From the IMG/VR virus record IMGVR_UViG_3300008113_000126: a stretch of 20,000 bases of DNA, one strand, 5' to 3'. Both the position numbers and the translations under genes were made by a program. Positions within the stretch are counted from its first letter, which is position 1. Each line of letters begins with the position of its first letter. The stretch comes from an uncultured virus (IMG/VR IMGVR_UViG_3300008113_000126) (lineage: Duplodnaviria; Heunggongvirae; Uroviricota; Caudoviricetes). This document shows, piece by piece, positions 16,044 to 20,000 of this stretch. Under the pieces are notes generated by a model. That model worked only from the letters and a program-made list of their open reading frames with translations. It was not told the DNA's origin and did no database searches.

Positions 16044-16320
16044 ACGGCTTCATGCAGACGAAACTGCAATTAAAAAACAAACAAAGATAGCCAAAGAACA
16101 TCGAGTTAGTGAGTACAATCCTAGCGCTGTTAAACAGCCCCATCGCTTTAATAAAAGGCATGCCATGGACTGTGGTAACCCTGAATGTTACCTATGTGGT
16201 AATCCACGTAAAACGCATAAGGACAAGTTAACACAACAGGAAAAACGACTGTTCCAAGATTTAGATAAAACAACTGATAGACACAGCAACGGATTAAAAC
16301 CTAACAATGGCGAAACTTGA
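16009..16320 (+). CDS. Basic hypothetical protein with Cys/His cluster
   Basis: HAMDCGNPECYLCGNPR motif; ATG 16009 preferred over TTG 15970. Confidence 0.65.
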   Translation: MSHEQDKFNHSKRLHADETAIKKQTKIAKEHRVSEYNPSAVKQPHRFNKRHAMDCGNPECYLCGNPRKTHKDKLTQQEKRLFQDLDKTTDRHSNGLKPNNGET

Positions 16321-16765
16321 TATAAAACGAGAACTGTATGCAATTGATCATAAAGATTATAATTTTTATGATAATTTAACTCCGGAAGAAAAGAAAGAGT
16401 TTAGTCCGTTTATTCTTATGAGATATGCCGCAAGTGTTCAAGGGGACAGAGATGTACAAGAACATTTCCTAGAAATGACTAATGAATTAATTAATAAAAA
16501 TCATTGGTTATTAAGTAAGGATCATAAACCCTTATTATGGAAATTATTTGCATCAATAGGTGTTGGTGTATCAGCTTATCATCCGTACATTGCCGCTGGA
16601 AAAAAGACCAAGGCGGTTAAGATAGAAAAATTATTAGCAGAGTTACATCCTGCCATGAAGATAGATGATATTCGTGTATGGGCATCTTTAATGGATAAAA
16701 CAGACAAGGAAGAATTGTTTGACAGTATGGGCTTTGATAAAAAACAGCGTAAGGAGTATGAATGA
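16307..16765 (+). CDS. Probable clamp-loader small subunit (T4 gp62-like)
   Basis: KEFSPFILMRYAS...EMTNELIN...HPYIAAGKK pattern and size resemble gp62-family proteins; replication operon context. Confidence 0.55.
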   Translation: MAKLDIKRELYAIDHKDYNFYDNLTPEEKKEFSPFILMRYAASVQGDRDVQEHFLEMTNELINKNHWLLSKDHKPLLWKLFASIGVGVSAYHPYIAAGKKTKAVKIEKLLAELHPAMKIDDIRVWASLMDKTDKEELFDSMGFDKKQRKEYE

Positions 16766-17049
16766 AATTCCGTAAAAAACCAGTAGTGATTGAAGCAGTT
16801 CAATTTATATACTCAACTGAAGGTATTGCTAACATTAAAGAATTCTGTGGCAGTGCGTTAGGTACTATTAAAAAAGCTCGACACCCTACAGCATTAGGTG
16901 AAGCAGAAATCGGTACGTTAGAAGATGGAGTACATTTAAAAGTACAACATATCGCCACAGAGGGCGATTGGATTATTAAAGGAGTGCAAGGGGAATTTTA
17001 TGCTTGCAAGCCGGATATTTTTGAAGCCACTTACGAATCTGTAGAATGA
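16762..17049 (+). CDS. Widespread small phage protein of unknown function
   Basis: MKFRKKPVVIEAVQF...GDWIIKGVQGEFYACKPDIFEATY signature; ATGA overlaps at both ends. Confidence 0.8.
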   Translation: MKFRKKPVVIEAVQFIYSTEGIANIKEFCGSALGTIKKARHPTALGEAEIGTLEDGVHLKVQHIATEGDWIIKGVQGEFYACKPDIFEATYESVE

Positions 17050-17741
17050 TACAATTGGCCGAACAACCATTTAACTGCGTCCATTGTAACAAGGCCTTTA
17101 TGAAAGAAAAGACCTTGTATGCTCACATGTGTGAAAACAAAAGACGAGCAATGCAGAAAGATGAAAAGCGTGTTCAGGCAGGCATGATGGCCTTTAATAG
17201 ATTCTTTAGACTCACTCAAGGTGCTAAAAAAGACAAGACCTATGATGATTTTATAAAGAGCCCTTACTATAATGCGTTTGTTAAGTTTGGATCTTTTATT
17301 AATAATGTCATGCCCATATATCCTGATAAGTTCATGGACTATGTTATTAAAAGCGGTGTTAAACTAGACCAATGGTGCAGAGACGAACTGTATGAGACTT
17401 ATCTTTATGAGATGATAAAAACTGAACCAGTTGAAAGTGCAGTACAAAGATCTTTGCAAACAATGATGGAATGGGGCGATGTAAGTCAAGCACAGTTTAA
17501 TCATTATTTCAATTATGTAAATTTAAATCGAGCAGTACACGATATAAGAAACGGAAAAATCAGTCCTTGGTTATTACTCAATTGTGCATCAGGTAAAAAG
17601 ATGTTAAATAATTTTAGCAATGAACAATTGGATTTAATTGCACCGGCATTTGATTTACCGTTTTGGCTTAAAAAATTCAAACAGGTTCCTGCTGATATTA
17701 TTTTAGTAAAAGAAATATGTGATGAGGCGGGAATAGAATGA
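17046..17741 (+). CDS. Hypothetical protein with N-terminal classical-type zinc finger
   Basis: F-x-C-x2-C-x3-F-x5-L-x2-H-x-C (FNCVHCNKAFMKEKTLYAHMC); ATGA coupling. Confidence 0.7.
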   Translation: MIQLAEQPFNCVHCNKAFMKEKTLYAHMCENKRRAMQKDEKRVQAGMMAFNRFFRLTQGAKKDKTYDDFIKSPYYNAFVKFGSFINNVMPIYPDKFMDYVIKSGVKLDQWCRDELYETYLYEMIKTEPVESAVQRSLQTMMEWGDVSQAQFNHYFNYVNLNRAVHDIRNGKISPWLLLNCASGKKMLNNFSNEQLDLIAPAFDLPFWLKKFKQVPADIILVKEICDEAGIE

Positions 17742-18124
17742 GTCAAGAAAATATAAGACAGTTCTGCGAGCAACATCGAATCCGAGTTCTTGATACAAAT
17801 AAAAGAGCACATCGTTATCAAAGAATTAACATGCAGTATTTTAGAGATCCTATGGATTTTAATAAAGTCTCCCTTGTAGATATTGTAAATGACAGCGAAC
17901 CCTTGTATACTGTAGAGATTGCACAAAGTGAATTAGAACGTATTGCAGACTTTGAATCAGAAGTGTTTAACAATATGAGGAAGCAAGGGCATTACAGAAT
18001 GTTTGAAACACTAATGGAACAAAAAGAACACGAAAAATATTTGAAAGACAAATATCCAGCAGTAAAGAAAGCCTACGAGCATTATAGTCTTATATTAAAA
18101 CTAGCAGAGAGTGGAGAATTGTAA
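17738..18124 (+). CDS. Hypothetical protein
   Basis: 128-aa ORF, ATGA overlap upstream and TAATG overlap with the mini-DnaE gene. Confidence 0.75.
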   Translation: MSQENIRQFCEQHRIRVLDTNKRAHRYQRINMQYFRDPMDFNKVSLVDIVNDSEPLYTVEIAQSELERIADFESEVFNNMRKQGHYRMFETLMEQKEHEKYLKDKYPAVKKAYEHYSLILKLAESGEL

Positions 18125-18705
18125 TGCCAGATATTGACATCGACTTTGCTGATAGATCACATGCACTTAATTTAATAAAGACTATTCCTGCATCAATACA
18201 AGATAAAGACGGAACTTTTAAAAAGCACAATACTGGAGTATATTGTACTGCTATTCCGTACAATCCATTAACTGGATTAAGTAGTATTGAATATAAAGAA
18301 GCAGAACAAAGAGGATATTTTAAAATTGATTTTTTAAATGTTGGTATGTATAGCGGCGTTAAAGATGAAGCACATCTTATTCAACTTATGGAGACTGAAC
18401 CATTATGGGATCTACTAGAACAAGACGATTTTACCCAACTGCTGTTCCATGTGAATGGGCATGGGTCTATTCTGAGACAAAGCAAGCCAAAGTCTATAGA
18501 GCAATTGGCAGCGGTACTAGCAATGATCAGACCTGCGAAACGTTATCTGATTGGGAAAGACTGGACTACGGTGATGACGGAAGTTTGGACGAAACCAACG
18601 GGTGAAGAATATTATTTTAAAAAGGCTCATGCCATGGCCTATTCTGTTGCCATTGTTGTACAGATGAATTTAATCTGTGAAAATATCAGCTACGGATTTA
18701 GTTAA
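18124..18705 (+). CDS. Miniature DNA polymerase III alpha (DnaE/family C) catalytic fragment
   Basis: PDIDIDF, KHNTGVY, GYFKIDFL, PKSIEQLAAVLAMIRP and YYFKKAHAMAYS occur in DnaE order within 193 aa. Confidence 0.85.
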   Translation: MPDIDIDFADRSHALNLIKTIPASIQDKDGTFKKHNTGVYCTAIPYNPLTGLSSIEYKEAEQRGYFKIDFLNVGMYSGVKDEAHLIQLMETEPLWDLLEQDDFTQLLFHVNGHGSILRQSKPKSIEQLAAVLAMIRPAKRYLIGKDWTTVMTEVWTKPTGEEYYFKKAHAMAYSVAIVVQMNLICENISYGFS

Positions 18706-19084
18706 CTCTAAATTTTTTAGGATTTCTTACTAGCTGTATTGATTTTCGTTTAATACGTTTTTCTGCTATTTCTCCTAGGCTTACAGTGGGTCCAAAGAGA
18801 ATCTCAACGTCTTTACTGTTAAATGTTTTAATAAACGGTCTAAAATCAATCATATCTATTTTTAAAAAAATATTAATAGGAATCTTTCGATTGCTTTCCC
18901 ACCACCAGACATCTCCGAGTTCTAAAAAAGGATTTTGCAGTCCAATAGATTTGATTACAGCATAGTCGTACATGCTTGTTACTTGATTATCGTGATTGAT
19001 AACAATACCTAAATATTCCGTGTCGTTACAACGGAGACAGGTCATAAAAGGATAGTTTGCTTGGAAGCTCTCGCTTGTAGTCAT
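18698..19084 (-). CDS. Hypothetical protein
   Basis: 128-aa ORF filling the gap between two + strand genes; WWWESNRKIPINIFL motif; 8-bp tail-to-tail overlap with mini-DnaE; late promoter upstream on the - strand. Confidence 0.8.
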   Translation of the reverse strand: MTTSESFQANYPFMTCLRCNDTEYLGIVINHDNQVTSMYDYAVIKSIGLQNPFLELGDVWWWESNRKIPINIFLKIDMIDFRPFIKTFNSKDVEILFGPTVSLGEIAEKRIKRKSIQLVRNPKKFRVN

Positions 19085-19092
19085 GCTTTATA

Positions 19093-19099
19093 ATAAATA
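19093..19099 (+). promoter_or_regulatory. T4-type late promoter (ATAAATA), 5 nt before ATG 19105
   Basis: ATAAATA-ccgat-ATG in a 20-nt divergent gap; no SD. Confidence 0.75.
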
Positions 19100-19104
19100 C
19101 CGAT

Positions 19105-19944
19105 ATGCAAAATTTACCAGTCTATTTATATTCCAATTTGTTCGAAGTTATACTAGATCTGGACAATAACAGAGGAATACATCAAATTATGTATCAACGC
19201 CCTATTAAAGTACAGAAAGGTGTAAAAAACACTATTCAAATTCAGTTCAAAAATTCTGATCAAAAAAAGGTTAGTATAAATGGACAGCAGTTTTATTTAA
19301 ATGTTTTTGATCAAGAAAACAGAAAGTTAGTTCTTAAGAAACCTATTACAGTACTTGACAATGCATCTACTACAACTAATGCCCTTAAAGGATTGGCAGA
19401 AGTTGTGTTGGATAGTAAAGATACTATTACTATTGATACTAAAACTTATAATTTTTCTATTGTTAAAGAAGAAACGGATGGTAGTTATTCTCCTGCATAT
19501 TCTAATACCTATTATGATGTTGCAGGCATACTAGAACTTAAAGAAGAAGTGTATCCTAAATTGTTACCCAGCGTTAACGTGGTTGATTTTTTAAGAACAT
19601 ATAATCCGGACCCGTCCAAACAACAATGGGAATGGTACAGCGGAAATATAAGACCCCTGAACCAGTCCTCAGCTGGCCTTCATACTGTTGCCAAATACAT
19701 GACTAAATTTAAAGGTCAAGTAATTGTCGAGGCGACATTAGAAAACACCCCTGGCTTTTTTGGAAACTATGCGGTAATCGATCAAAAGACTTATAATGAT
19801 TTTACAGGTGTTGACTATGTGAATTTTACAGGGCTTTTTACCAATGTTCGAATCAAATACATTCCGGCAAAAGATCCTACTACACAACAAAACGGCAATA
19901 CTACTTACTCCGGAACTTTTGACAAAGCTCTATATAGATGCTAA
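19105..19944 (+). CDS. Hypothetical late, beta-rich protein (possible virion/baseplate Ig-like, BppU-N-like)
   Basis: 279 aa, Thr/Asn/Tyr-rich beta pattern (KGVKNTIQIQFKNSDQK, KGLAEVVL, YNFSIV); late promoter. Confidence 0.65.
   Translation: MQNLPVYLYSNLFEVILDLDNNRGIHQIMYQRPIKVQKGVKNTIQIQFKNSDQKKVSINGQQFYLNVFDQENRKLVLKKPITVLDNASTTTNALKGLAEVVLDSKDTITIDTKTYNFSIVKEETDGSYSPAYSNTYYDVAGILELKEEVYPKLLPSVNVVDFLRTYNPDPSKQQWEWYSGNIRPLNQSSAGLHTVAKYMTKFKGQVIVEATLENTPGFFGNYAVIDQKTYNDFTGVDYVNFTGLFTNVRIKYIPAKDPTTQQNGNTTYSGTFDKALYRC
19123..19130 (-). promoter_or_regulatory. Perfect TATAAATA late promoter on the - strand, inside the 19105 gene
   Basis: + strand TATTTATA (19123-19130) is TATAAATA on -, 38 nt upstream of the ATG at 19084. 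Confidence 0.6.
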
Positions 19945-19947
19945 AAT
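19919..19947 (+). promoter_or_regulatory. Near-consensus sigma70 promoter (TTGACA-17-TAAAAT, extended -10 TG)
   Basis: -35 at 19919-19924, TG at 19939-19940, -10 at 19942-19947, ATG 6 nt later. Confidence 0.8.
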
Positions 19948-19953
19948 TGTTGC

Positions 19954-20000
19954 ATGAATCTGATTCAAGCAACGGTACAGAACCTACTACCTCCTAAACG
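19954..20000 (+). CDS. 5' end of next gene (partial); possibly DNA primase
   Basis: MNLIQATVQNLLPPK... open to the window edge behind a strong promoter. Only 15 codons are visible, so the product is a guess from recalled similar N-termini. Confidence 0.45.
   Translation, partial: MNLIQATVQNLLPPK

Noticed and set aside
234..17610. Intragenic TTAAATA hits (about 234, 1329, 17605) as late promoters
   Set aside because: They lack the preceding A of the ATAAATA core and are not positioned before gene starts.
288..18605. Short antisense and alternate-frame ORFs (e.g. 361-609, 4898-5152, 6779-7105, 10250-10627, 17513-17926, 18405-18605)
   Set aside because: They are nested in well-supported genes, lack recognisable motifs or initiation signals, and are typical shadow ORFs.
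1..20000. Stop-codon reassignment, introns or active inteins, CRISPR arrays, tRNAs
   Set aside because: Genes tile the window in the standard code, TerL/UvsX/UvsW are uninterrupted, and no repeat-spacer array or cloverleaf was seen by eye.

Overview
AT-rich, densely coded segment of a large T4-like (myovirus-type) phage genome in the standard genetic code, almost all on the + strand. The left half (1-9544) is a late/virion block: a tail-tube-fold baseplate protein, gp4-like head completion nuclease, an inserted radical SAM enzyme with a Tes/GDGT-MAS-like N-terminus, a probable small terminase, two candidate internal head proteins, the large terminase and a 772-aa modular protein. The supplied 883-aa ORF is probably an artefactual fusion across a 55-N scaffold gap. 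The right half (9681-18705) is a replication/recombination block: gp32 SSB, UvsX, UvsY, a HARP-like protein, UvsW, a degenerate Hint-like protein, a gp62-like clamp-loader subunit, a zinc-finger protein and a 193-aa miniature DnaE/Pol III alpha. A divergent gene pair and the start of a probable primase close the window. The most notable signals are: (1) the mini C-family polymerase, which keeps all three catalytic aspartate motifs but lacks PHP, the RGS motif, most of the thumb, OB and clamp-binding regions; (2) T4-type late promoters exactly 5 nt before ATG, implying leaderless mRNAs; (3) a nested early promoter, late promoter and terminator upstream of gp32; (4) Glu-delimited modular candidate head polyproteins; (5) the Tes-like radical SAM. 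All family calls come from motif recognition by eye, not from database searches.
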